From a virus, in IMG/VR virus record IMGVR_UViG_3300045988_156777, positions 1 to 29,955 of that record: a stretch of 29,955 bases of DNA. The stretch is one strand, 5' to 3'. Positions 20,410 through 28,603 of the stretch are shown here, piece by piece. Under the pieces are notes generated by a model. That model had not been told where the DNA came from. It searched no databases and saw only the letters and a list, made by a program, of their open reading frames with translations. Within the stretch, counting starts at the first letter, position 1; each line of letters opens with the position of its first letter. A program made the position numbers and the translations under genes.

Positions 20410-21042
20410 TTATAAGTTGTTGTAGCCATTACATCCACATCCGTTGTTGTAAGCGTAATATGGTGAACATGTAATGTAAGCTGGTTTTGGTGTTGGTTGC
20501 AAAGTACTAATGATATTTGCTGATTGTGCCTGTTGACTTAATTGGAAATTAGCTGTCAATAAATCACGGTCACGAGCAGCTAAACGATCACGTAATTCTT
20601 GCATAGTGTTTGCATTGATCAACGCACGTGTAGCTTCACCTTCTGAATGAATTGCTGTTGTAATGTCACAAGTATTTTTGAAACTTTGAGCATTTACATT
20701 GTCAATTGCTCGTTGAGTGTTGCAGCAGCATTCTTGTTGCTGAGCTTGCAAGTTTTGAAGTCCTAACTGATTTTCATAGCGACTTTCTAATACATCACGT
20801 TGAGTTTGACAACCTGTTTGAGATACATTTGTGTTTGTGTTAAAAATGTCTCGTTTAATGAATTCTTCATTTAATAAAGAATCGTTTGCTAGGTTTCCGT
20901 TGCCATATCCTCCATATCCTCCATATCCAAATAATACGAAGATTAGCAAGATCCAAATCCACCATCCTCCGCCGTTTCCAAAGCCGTCATCTCTTTCAGC
21001 TAAGTTGTAAGTTGGTTGAATTCCCATTCCATTTTCCATCAT
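20410..21042 (-). CDS. membrane protein with Gly/Tyr-rich juxtamembrane segment, coiled-coil-like middle and Cys/Tyr-rich C-terminus
   Basis: AAGGAG before the ATG. GGGWWIWILLIFVLFGYGGYGGYGNG, QQQECCCNTQ, C-terminus CSPYYAYNNGCGCNGYNNL. Confidence 0.8.
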   Translation of the reverse strand: MMENGMGIQPTYNLAERDDGFGNGGGWWIWILLIFVLFGYGGYGGYGNGNLANDSLLNEEFIKRDIFNTNTNVSQTGCQTQRDVLESRYENQLGLQNLQAQQQECCCNTQRAIDNVNAQSFKNTCDITTAIHSEGEATRALINANTMQELRDRLAARDRDLLTANFQLSQQAQSANIISTLQPTPKPAYITCSPYYAYNNGCGCNGYNNL

Positions 21043-21083
21043 ATATGTTCTCCTTTCTTTCTATAATAACGGTTTATCCGTTG

Positions 21084-21326
21084 TTACCTGATTCCGAATT
21101 GTTTTGCCATTTGTTGAAGTTGTTGCTTTTGTTGTGGATTTAAATTACCCATCATCTGATTTAAAATCATTTGTGGATTTTGGCCACTGTTCATAAGCAT
21201 TTGAAATTGTTGAAATGCTTGTGGATTTTTCTGTGATAGCATATTCATTAACATTTGTTGGGGATTTCTCATATTCATCATATTCATTGGATTCATATTA
21301 CCCATAATACTTTTTAAAGGATTCAT
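21084..21326 (-). CDS. Met/Gln/Asn/Pro-rich low-complexity protein with six NP motifs (80 aa)
   Basis: AAGGAG before the ATG; ATGA overlap with the upstream gene. Hand count: 16 Met, 17 Gln, 13 Asn, 6 Pro. Confidence 0.75.
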   Translation of the reverse strand: MNPLKSIMGNMNPMNMMNMRNPQQMLMNMLSQKNPQAFQQFQMLMNSGQNPQMILNQMMGNLNPQQKQQLQQMAKQFGIR

Positions 21327-21763
21327 TTTGTTTGTGCTCCTTTCTTTGGCTGTTCATTAGCTTGTTTTGGTGGTTTGCTTAATGCACATATCAAATCATC
21401 TAATTTCTTTTCGATTCCATTTACACGATTTTCAATACTGTTAGAATTATCTTCTGTGATTTCTTCAAATTTGAACTTTTTAAATGTTCCATCTAAAGAT
21501 TTCATATAAAAAATAGATTTATTGTTATCAAATAAAATCGTTGGTAAATTTGCATTCGCAAAGTTTCTAGCTTCCTGCTCATCGTTCACCCATTTTCCAT
21601 TAAAATCAAAATTACCTTGTTGTTGTGGTGTAATCTGATTATTAATATTGATAGGTGGAATATTTGCATACTGTTGTACTTGCTGAATTTGTTGATCTAT
21701 CATTTGCCTTTGCTGCATCAAGCTGTCAATTCGTGCTTGTGCTGGATTATAATTGTTATACAT
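21323..21763 (-). CDS. hypothetical protein with a Gln-rich N-terminal half (146 aa)
   Basis: ORF track gives 21323..21772 from a GTG. ATG at 21763 lies 5 nt after AGAGGTGG. A TATAAT on the minus strand at 21792-21787. Confidence 0.75.
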   Translation of the reverse strand: MYNNYNPAQARIDSLMQQRQMIDQQIQQVQQYANIPPININNQITPQQQGNFDFNGKWVNDEQEARNFANANLPTILFDNNKSIFYMKSLDGTFKKFKFEEITEDNSNSIENRVNGIEKKLDDLICALSKPPKQANEQPKKGAQTK

Positions 21764-21842
21764 TTCAACCACCTCTTTACGATTTAATTATATGTTTACG
21801 TAATAAATAATTTAATACTCGAATAATACTCATAAAATACCC

Positions 21843-21875
21843 AAAATAAAATGAGCAACCATTATAGATTGCTCA
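21843..21875 (-). terminator. terminator overlapping the stop of the sigma-like gene
   Basis: TGAGCAA (21852-21858) pairs with TTGCTCA (21869-21875). The plus-strand A-rich run gives a T-run on the minus strand. Confidence 0.55.
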
Positions 21876-22095
21876 CATATTTATCGAACATTTTTCTTGC
21901 TTTGCATACTCTGTTCCTTATGGTTTGTACTTCCATATGTAATGCATCTGCAATTTCGGTACATGACATGTCATATACGTATCTCATAATCAAAACCTGT
22001 TCATATTTCTTTCTTAATCCAACAGACTTGATAAGTATTAATGCATCATTAGGACGTATCTCTTTTAATCTGTTAGCTTTGTTAATATAAACCAC
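21862..22095 (-). CDS. stand-alone sigma-70 region-4 / LuxR-type HTH protein (77 aa)
   Basis: KKYEQVLIMRYVYDMSCTEIADALHMEVQTIRNRVCKARKMF is a region-4-type HTH. GTG start with a poorly spaced RBS, so the start is uncertain. Confidence 0.65.
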   Translation of the reverse strand: MVYINKANRLKEIRPNDALILIKSVGLRKKYEQVLIMRYVYDMSCTEIADALHMEVQTIRNRVCKARKMFDKYVSNL

Positions 22096-22103
22096 CGCCT
22101 TAA

Positions 22104-22337
22104 TTAAATTCGTTGGTTTGAATTAGCTTCGCAAGAACAATTATTCACATGATCATCTTTCCAATAACCACGACAAACAATAGTAGAATAAAGAACAATA
22201 ATCACTAAAACCAATACTGTAATAATCGTTCTACTTGTTTTATAGTTTCGATCAATTAATTTTGAACAAAAACCATAAATGTTATCTACTTTTTCTTCTA
22301 CATTTTGAAGTTTCTTGTTTGCATCTTTAATATCCAT
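22104..22337 (-). CDS. coiled-coil plus C-terminal TM protein (XhlA-like topology)
   Basis: ORF track; GGAGGA upstream. TM helix IITVLVLVIIVLYSTIV. Confidence 0.65.
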   Translation of the reverse strand: MDIKDANKKLQNVEEKVDNIYGFCSKLIDRNYKTSRTIITVLVLVIIVLYSTIVCRGYWKDDHVNNCSCEANSNQRI

Positions 22338-22620
22338 TTTTATTACGTTCCTCCAACGCTTCTACACGATTAAACAAAGTTTTTATTTGTTGTTTTAGTT
22401 CTGAAAGCTCCACTTCCATTGAATTGCTTCCTTTTTTTATTTCTGAAATTGAATCTTTAATATCACCTAAATCCGATTTAATATGTTCCAATTCATTCTT
22501 CAAAAATGCCATATTGGATATTTGCTCTCCATCCATCTTGCGGGTGCCACGATTATACGTAATAAATGCAATTACAAGCATGCATGCAGAAATAATAACA
22601 CTAAGATATTCACCGCTCAT
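22327..22620 (-). CDS. N-terminal TM plus coiled-coil protein
   Basis: ORF track; AGGTGGTG before the ATG. TM helix LSVIISACMLVIAFITY. Confidence 0.7.
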   Translation of the reverse strand: MSGEYLSVIISACMLVIAFITYNRGTRKMDGEQISNMAFLKNELEHIKSDLGDIKDSISEIKKGSNSMEVELSELKQQIKTLFNRVEALEERNKNGY

Positions 22621-22631
22621 AGAAACACCAC

Positions 22632-22754
22632 CTATTTATTAACGATAGAATTTTTTTGTTCTACACTAATCCATCCAATAGAAGCAAAAATTTCTAAATC
22701 ATTATTTGTAAATAAACCTAATTCATAATACGATTTGATTAATTCATAACTCAT
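22632..22754 (-). CDS. XkdX-like small tail-module protein (40 aa)
   Basis: Below the cutoff. GGGGTGA before ATG 22754. MSYELIKSYYELGLFTNNDLEIFASIGWISVEQKNSIVNK fits the XkdX pattern. Confidence 0.55.
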   Translation of the reverse strand: MSYELIKSYYELGLFTNNDLEIFASIGWISVEQKNSIVNK

Positions 22755-22755
22755 A

Positions 22756-23097
22756 CTACTTCACCCCATTCAATTGAGCTTTTAATTGAGCGATCTGTAA
22801 CATTAATTGTGCATTAATCTTATCTTGCTCAGTTGGTACTGCTTTTGGTTCTGTGATTGTCGGCTTATCTTCTTCTGCAACCTCAACCACTTTGCCTTCT
22901 ACAAATCTATAATTGTATCGACCTTTTTCATCAACTAATCCTTTTTCTAGATACTGGCTTTGTGCATGTGCGTATTTATCTCCTTGTCCCTTATCAATCT
23001 CTGTCATTGTGTCCATTTCTTCTTGTGATAAAAAAATTTCTGAATTAATAGATGTAATGTTATTTTCTGAATCTTTATTAATATATACTCTTGCCAT
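22756..23097 (-). CDS. tail-fibre-associated hypothetical protein with a C-terminal coiled coil
   Basis: ORF track; AGGAGAAG before the ATG. Confidence 0.75.
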   Translation of the reverse strand: MARVYINKDSENNITSINSEIFLSQEEMDTMTEIDKGQGDKYAHAQSQYLEKGLVDEKGRYNYRFVEGKVVEVAEEDKPTITEPKAVPTEQDKINAQLMLQIAQLKAQLNGVK

Positions 23098-23108
23098 GTC
23101 TACTTCTC

Positions 23109-24035
23109 CTATTCATCATCATAAATTTCTGCGTCTAATTCTATAGTTCCGCCTACGTTGCAATTTCCAATCTTGCTTGTCACAGCTTGAATAAGCAATG
23201 TAAGATCTTTCACGGTAGTGTTTAATGAAACAACGGCTTTTGATAAACCGGAGTTAGAAGTATTTGCAAAGTTTACTGTTGGTTTAATTCGCATGCTTGG
23301 AATTGTGTCTGAGAATATGTATGTAAAGCTTGCACTACCGGAATAGAATACATAATAGTAATATCTTTTAATGTAATATCTCTGACACTTAATTAATTCA
23401 TCTGCATAACTTGGAGCAACAAATGTTGTTGCTACTTTACCTTTTTCCAATTTAATCCATTCAATTGTGCATGCTCCATTCTGTGATGTAGTACCAAATC
23501 TGATAATACTTAATGGAGCACTTGAACCATCAAGTGTTAATGTATGGATTCCGTTTGTTTTGATTTCTTTTTTTCCAATAAGCGCGTTTTCGCCTAGAAG
23601 GCTAGTACCTCCTTCTTTCATAGCTTCAAGTCTAAACGAACCTACAATAGAAGATACTTTTACTGATATTGTAAATTCTTCATCTAATTCATTTTCTAAG
23701 ATTTGGCTTATGTAATTCTCTAAAGTTCCTAAAGAATTGGTTGTTGTGCTTCCGCCTGTATAGCTTATCCCATTACCTAATTGCTTTACTGTTGTATTAT
23801 AAATTTTCCATCTATCAAATGAATAATCTGTTTCGTTGTACGCTGTAAACCCACGTTGATTTACTTTGAAATCCGGATTAATCAATAAATTCGGATTACT
23901 GAATTTAGTTCCTAAATAGTCTGCTAATTGTGTTAATGTACCTTTTTTTAGTCCAAATCCATTATGTACGGGTAATAAACTTGTATCCGTGAAGTTATAC
24001 AATGCATTTAATTCCGTAACTTGTTTTCCTGCCAT
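23109..24035 (-). CDS. tail fibre / receptor-binding protein
   Basis: AAGGAGGA before the ATG. The N-terminus VTELNALYNFTDTSLLPVHNG..KKGTLTQLADYL is the common phage fibre anchor motif. Confidence 0.75.
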   Translation of the reverse strand: MAGKQVTELNALYNFTDTSLLPVHNGFGLKKGTLTQLADYLGTKFSNPNLLINPDFKVNQRGFTAYNETDYSFDRWKIYNTTVKQLGNGISYTGGSTTTNSLGTLENYISQILENELDEEFTISVKVSSIVGSFRLEAMKEGGTSLLGENALIGKKEIKTNGIHTLTLDGSSAPLSIIRFGTTSQNGACTIEWIKLEKGKVATTFVAPSYADELIKCQRYYIKRYYYYVFYSGSASFTYIFSDTIPSMRIKPTVNFANTSNSGLSKAVVSLNTTVKDLTLLIQAVTSKIGNCNVGGTIELDAEIYDDE

Positions 24036-24053
24036 GTTATTCCTCCTTGAATT

Positions 24054-24200
24054 TTATTCTGCAAATTCAATCAATCCGTTTTTCTGTTCTTCTGTGATTT
24101 TATTTTTTTTATAAGCTTGATTAACTAAGAAAATGAAACTGTCTTTGTCATATTTTCCTTCGATAACTCTTTTCTTTTGGTTATTCAAAATCCTGTACAT
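24054..24200 (-). CDS. XkdX-like small protein (48 aa)
   Basis: Below the cutoff. GAGGAGGA before ATG 24200. MYRILNNQKKRVIEGKYDKDSFIFLVNQAYKKNKITEEQKNGLIEFAE. Confidence 0.6.
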   Translation of the reverse strand: MYRILNNQKKRVIEGKYDKDSFIFLVNQAYKKNKITEEQKNGLIEFAE

Positions 24201-24369
24201 GAGTTGTTTCCTCCTCTTCTTCCGGTAGTTCGATTCCTGCCATACATGCTACATACTGAGTGATGAATTTCTGATTTTCTAATTCATCTGAATTGGTTTG
24301 AATTTGGCTTGCTTGGTATTCTTCTTGAGCTTGTCTTTCAATTGTAGTGTCTAATTGTTTTATTTTCAT
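24181..24369 (-). CDS. hypothetical acidic protein (62 aa)
   Basis: ORF track; AAAGGAAC before the ATG. Confidence 0.6.
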   Translation of the reverse strand: MKIKQLDTTIERQAQEEYQASQIQTNSDELENQKFITQYVACMAGIELPEEEEETTHVQDFE

Positions 24370-24384
24370 TTTGTAAGTTCCTTT

Positions 24385-25572
24385 CTATGCAATACATACA
24401 AGTGGAGCGAACGCAAACGGGCTAGAAACGACACCAAAATAGGTGATATTTCCTAAAGCATTTATAATCCACGTATAACAAGTGCTATTATCGTGAGTTG
24501 AACGTAAGCGGACGTTCTGTGAATTTGTTTTGTCAGCAACGGAATACTCAACCATATTTGGATAATCTTTCAACCATTCACAAGGTGTTGTACGTCCGCT
24601 TCTTCTTTTCCAATAGGTGTGTTCATTACCTTCACCACTAGTTTGTGGTTTGACATACATTTGTGATAGCGAAGGTAACGTAACATAATCATATGTGATA
24701 TCCTCTGCGCTTTTATCATTTACAGTATTGGCATAAGTAACGACTTTTACTTTTTTTAAGCAATTTAGCATTTCTTCAGGCATACCACAAAGGAATCCAT
24801 CTTTAGTAGCTAATTGGTCAGGACAAATATCCCATTGGTCTTGTGGAGTCCACCATTGTCCTTTAGGTTTGCTTGAATTTAACCACTGGCGTAATGCGGA
24901 TGTTTTCCATCTGTTCCATCCGTATGCAGCTTCTTGTATCGAATTTAAGTTTCCGCTTCTTTCTTGATATGGAATCGTTCCGATATTTGTTCCACCACTA
25001 CCGACTGTAACATTCACTGTTTCGTTCAACGTAATTCCTTTCGCTCCGTACGAATAAACCTTCCAATTTGATGGCGATTGGTCTGGTGCTTCGTACAATC
25101 CGGCTAATCTACCACCTTTTTCAACAGGCTTTGTTAATGTAAATTGGTAATTGATTCCTGTTTTAACATTATTTCCCCACGATTGTGCGAAGTCAAAATG
25201 ATATGTTCCTGCACTTAGTCCATCCGGACATACAAGGAATGCTCTCTGATGCGAAAATTGAATACCAAAAGGCAAAGTATAGTGTGTTTGTAGCCACATC
25301 CCCGGTACAATTTCTCCATCCTCTAACGTTACATCTTCAAAGTGGTTAACTTGCCAAGGCATGTCGTATTCCTTTTGTTCTGCGGTATCTGTCCATTTCT
25401 CGATTAATTGCGTACCGATTGCGAACGCTTTTTCTCCTGCTCCATCTGCAACGATTGTCTGTACACTGTTCCAATCCATATTGGAATGAGCAATATTTGT
25501 CTGTGCAATAACAGATAAAGCTTTTGCAATTTCTTGTCCTGTATCATCTGTCATCAATTTAATTTGTGCCAT
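24385..25572 (-). CDS. tail/receptor-binding protein with a DUF6273-like C-terminal region
   Basis: GGAGG 8 nt before the ATG. SALRQWLNS ... VTLPSLSQMY ... VRLRS resemble the DUF6273 pattern as I remember it. Confidence 0.7.
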   Translation of the reverse strand: MAQIKLMTDDTGQEIAKALSVIAQTNIAHSNMDWNSVQTIVADGAGEKAFAIGTQLIEKWTDTAEQKEYDMPWQVNHFEDVTLEDGEIVPGMWLQTHYTLPFGIQFSHQRAFLVCPDGLSAGTYHFDFAQSWGNNVKTGINYQFTLTKPVEKGGRLAGLYEAPDQSPSNWKVYSYGAKGITLNETVNVTVGSGGTNIGTIPYQERSGNLNSIQEAAYGWNRWKTSALRQWLNSSKPKGQWWTPQDQWDICPDQLATKDGFLCGMPEEMLNCLKKVKVVTYANTVNDKSAEDITYDYVTLPSLSQMYVKPQTSGEGNEHTYWKRRSGRTTPCEWLKDYPNMVEYSVADKTNSQNVRLRSTHDNSTCYTWIINALGNITYFGVVSSPFAFAPLVCIA

Positions 25573-26657
25573 TAATTTACCTCCTGTACGATATATCCAT
25601 CTTCATCTACCGACAATCCTAATGAATCAAAGCTATCTTTTAATTTACCTAAAGTCACATGTATACCAGTTATTTCCGCTTTAATTTGCTTTAATTCAAT
25701 GTTGTCCGAATCTCCCATGTTGTCACTGTCACCGTTTAAGTCTTGATCACCATCAACTTTATATTGCCAATCTGCTTGTAATGTGTTGTTTTCTTCATCT
25801 ATTAATTCAAAATCTCTATCAATTAATAGTGGAGTGTAAAAGTTATTATCAAGTATCATTTCCATAATATTCGAAATCTGTATTCTTACCGCGTTACCTG
25901 CTGTTGGATATATTTTTCCATCATAACCAATGCGTATATCTGTAACCTCTGTATTCGAACCTGGTAAATTTCCTGAATCGAATAATTGATCTATTCTAGA
26001 TTTTAAAACATTTAAATCCTCAAAGCGTATGCCGTACTTGGAAATCAAATCATTTAATTCTTCAATCCCTGAATCTTTTATATTTGTAATTGTTGTCATC
26101 CCTGTATCACGTGCTTCTCCTATGTCCTCTATTGCTTGGTTACACTTTTCAGATACAAGTAAAAGCAACATTGCAATTTCATCTCGTTCATTTTGATCTA
26201 ATGAAGCAGATTTTGAATATATACTTTCAGGAGTAACAACTCTTGATAATGTAGTAGACCATCTTTTTTGAATAATTCCATCATCATCTACAACAACTGC
26301 ACTAACAACAAAATAGAGATCACCTTTATTCTTCAATGCGTTATTCGGAACAATCCAAGAGAATTCACATGTATCATAATAAGTAACCTTATCTACAGCC
26401 AAAGACGATCCAATAATTCCTTTTGAGTCTCTGTAATTTATACGAATCAAAGCATCTTCCATCTTAAATACTTCTGATACTTCATTCATAACCTTAAATT
26501 TTACATATTTAGAATCCTTATCATATTGAACACCAAATACATTTTCAGAATCAGGAATATAAATCTCACGAGTTCGTGCATCAATAACAAGTGTCTCGTT
26601 ATCTACACCTGCATATGTATCTAGGTCAAAACTAAGGGTTGCATTTAACTTTGCCAT
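25572..26657 (-). CDS. baseplate / tail-fibre structural protein
   Basis: ORF track; TAGGAG before the ATG; TAATG overlap with the downstream gene. Confidence 0.8.
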   Translation of the reverse strand: MAKLNATLSFDLDTYAGVDNETLVIDARTREIYIPDSENVFGVQYDKDSKYVKFKVMNEVSEVFKMEDALIRINYRDSKGIIGSSLAVDKVTYYDTCEFSWIVPNNALKNKGDLYFVVSAVVVDDDGIIQKRWSTTLSRVVTPESIYSKSASLDQNERDEIAMLLLLVSEKCNQAIEDIGEARDTGMTTITNIKDSGIEELNDLISKYGIRFEDLNVLKSRIDQLFDSGNLPGSNTEVTDIRIGYDGKIYPTAGNAVRIQISNIMEMILDNNFYTPLLIDRDFELIDEENNTLQADWQYKVDGDQDLNGDSDNMGDSDNIELKQIKAEITGIHVTLGKLKDSFDSLGLSVDEDGYIVQEVN

Positions 26658-26658
26658 T

Positions 26659-26952
26659 TTATATACTCCTAACTACTAAAGTTCCTGAAAGTGGTGTATC
26701 ATGAATTCCATTTGTTTCTACAGTGATCATCCACGTATATATTCCTTCCACAAGATCATCTGATGGACATTTAATTTTCAAATCCTCTTTGATATCTACA
26801 CACTCTATAACGTTTGAATTTTTCATAATTACAAATTGAACCTTATCATTATTACCGGGTATAAACGTATTACCACTTTTAAAATTAAAAGAAACATCAG
26901 TGATAATCGTATCTCCTTTATTTATTGTGATTTGTTTATTTTTTATTTCCAT
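26659..26952 (-). CDS. small beta-rich structural protein (97 aa)
   Basis: ORF track; AAAGGAG before the ATG. Confidence 0.75.
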   Translation of the reverse strand: MEIKNKQITINKGDTIITDVSFNFKSGNTFIPGNNDKVQFVIMKNSNVIECVDIKEDLKIKCPSDDLVEGIYTWMITVETNGIHDTPLSGTLVVRSI

Positions 26953-26964
26953 ATACGCTCCTTT

Positions 26965-28002
26965 CTATTTATACAAAATTGCTCTTTTCCATTCCAATCC
27001 ATCAAAAACAAATAATCTGCATAACTGATAGTTACTTCCATTCTGTGTAACTGCCAATGAATATCCGCGATTCCATCTTGAACCATCAAACTGCCATACT
27101 TCCATATAAGTAAACGTTGTATTGAATTTAACATTAACCCATGAAGATGTTCTATCTAATGAATCTGTTATAAATACCTGAATTGTTTTTTCTGTATTCT
27201 TTGGAATAGAAGATAGCGTAAATAATCTAGAGTTAACTGTATTTTGACTTGATCCATCCTTATATGTAACAGATTTAACATGCCCATCATCCGATGTGTG
27301 TACCGTGAATTTTACATCATCTGTATTTCCACTACCTTTGATAACTTCAAAATCCACATATGTTACATATACAGCTGCATAATTTTCTAGTGTAGTGGCT
27401 TTTAATACAGTTTGTGCTAATCTATTTCCACTGCAATCAGCCATAAATAGTTCTATATTAAATTCATATTGTGTTTTCTGAGTAAGACCTGTAAATGAAT
27501 AATTTCCATTTAAATCATTACTTACAAATTCTCCGTCATTATCAGAATATAAACGCAATGTATATAAGTTATATGGATTTGTTTTTAATTTTCCAAAAAC
27601 GGAAATGTTATTGTTTCCTACGTATGATATCCATGCATCATATGACGGCAACTCAATCAAAGATGTAGTCAATTTTGCTTTTCCTGATAAATTAGGCCAT
27701 CCCTGACAACTTGCATCCCATTCAAAAGACCGTTGTCTATTGCAATACATTGGCTCATTAATTTGTCCTAGATAATACCATCCTGAATCTGTTATATAGC
27801 TTGTATCCCACCTTGAAATAGTTTTAGACAGTCCTCCAAGTCTAACAACGTTGGTTGCTTGAATTTTGAAGTTTCCAGTAAATTTAAACCATACATCAGC
27901 TTTAAATCTTAAATTAGGATATGACCCTTTGTATTTCTCATTATAAGATTCAAATGTAAGTATTAAATTTTTATCATATGGTAATCTTGCTAAAACAGTC
28001 AT
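26965..28002 (-). CDS. baseplate/tail structural protein
   Basis: ORF track; GAGGGA before the ATG. Confidence 0.8.
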   Translation of the reverse strand: MTVLARLPYDKNLILTFESYNEKYKGSYPNLRFKADVWFKFTGNFKIQATNVVRLGGLSKTISRWDTSYITDSGWYYLGQINEPMYCNRQRSFEWDASCQGWPNLSGKAKLTTSLIELPSYDAWISYVGNNNISVFGKLKTNPYNLYTLRLYSDNDGEFVSNDLNGNYSFTGLTQKTQYEFNIELFMADCSGNRLAQTVLKATTLENYAAVYVTYVDFEVIKGSGNTDDVKFTVHTSDDGHVKSVTYKDGSSQNTVNSRLFTLSSIPKNTEKTIQVFITDSLDRTSSWVNVKFNTTFTYMEVWQFDGSRWNRGYSLAVTQNGSNYQLCRLFVFDGLEWKRAILYK

Positions 28003-28005
28003 ACT

Positions 28006-28602
28006 CTATCCCTCATATTTGATATAAATATCTCCAGCTTTATCGGTAGCTTGTACAGTAGGATCTGTAGTGCCACTACGAACATTTACAGTAAGTTTTA
28101 ACTGATTATCCAATTGTTTTTGATAGCCTTCCAATGTCTTAACAGTTGTTTTTGCCTTTGCAATCGCATCTAAAAGATTTTTAAAATCTTCTGTTGAATC
28201 AATGCCACTATCTAGTGCAAAATTTTTTACAACTTTAATCTTGAATGAGAAGGAAGTTACAAATGTATTATCTGAACTCAATACGATTTCAGCATTCACA
28301 ACGCCTACCTCAGCTAGAATATTCGCAAATGTTTCTGTGTCTGAGAATGTAATTTCATATGCATTCGAATTTTCAAATTGTGTAACACTAGTCGCATCCA
28401 CACTTACGTTCAATCCACTAGGCTTTTCAATCCACAACGTAGCCGTTAATGATGAATCAGGTTCTGATGATTCATCCACAATAACATCATCACTAGCAAA
28501 TACAATAAGACCTCTCCCTGTATCTCCTTGAATCATTTCAAGTGTTAAATTCGGATTTTCATTTGTAAGACTTACAGTTAAATGACTATATACAATTGCC
28601 AT
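28006..28602 (-). CDS. BppU-N-like baseplate upper protein
   Basis: LTLEMIQGDTGRGLIVFASDD resembles the BppU N-terminal QGD..sR motif. GAGG before the ATG. Confidence 0.7.
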   Translation of the reverse strand: MAIVYSHLTVSLTNENPNLTLEMIQGDTGRGLIVFASDDVIVDESSEPDSSLTATLWIEKPSGLNVSVDATSVTQFENSNAYEITFSDTETFANILAEVGVVNAEIVLSSDNTFVTSFSFKIKVVKNFALDSGIDSTEDFKNLLDAIAKAKTTVKTLEGYQKQLDNQLKLTVNVRSGTTDPTVQATDKAGDIYIKYEG

Positions 28603-28603
28603 G

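Noticed and set aside
21862-22095. Region-4-only sigma fragment considered as half of a split sporulation sigma gene (skin-element-like interruption)
   Set aside because: It is a complete small ORF with its own start region and terminator, deep inside the phage rather than at a junction. No region-2 half is visible in the window.
26943-28531. ORFs 26943..27134 (minus, alternate frame) and 28202..28531 (plus)
   Set aside because: They are nested in or antisense to long structural genes with good RBSs, and have no translation signals of their own.
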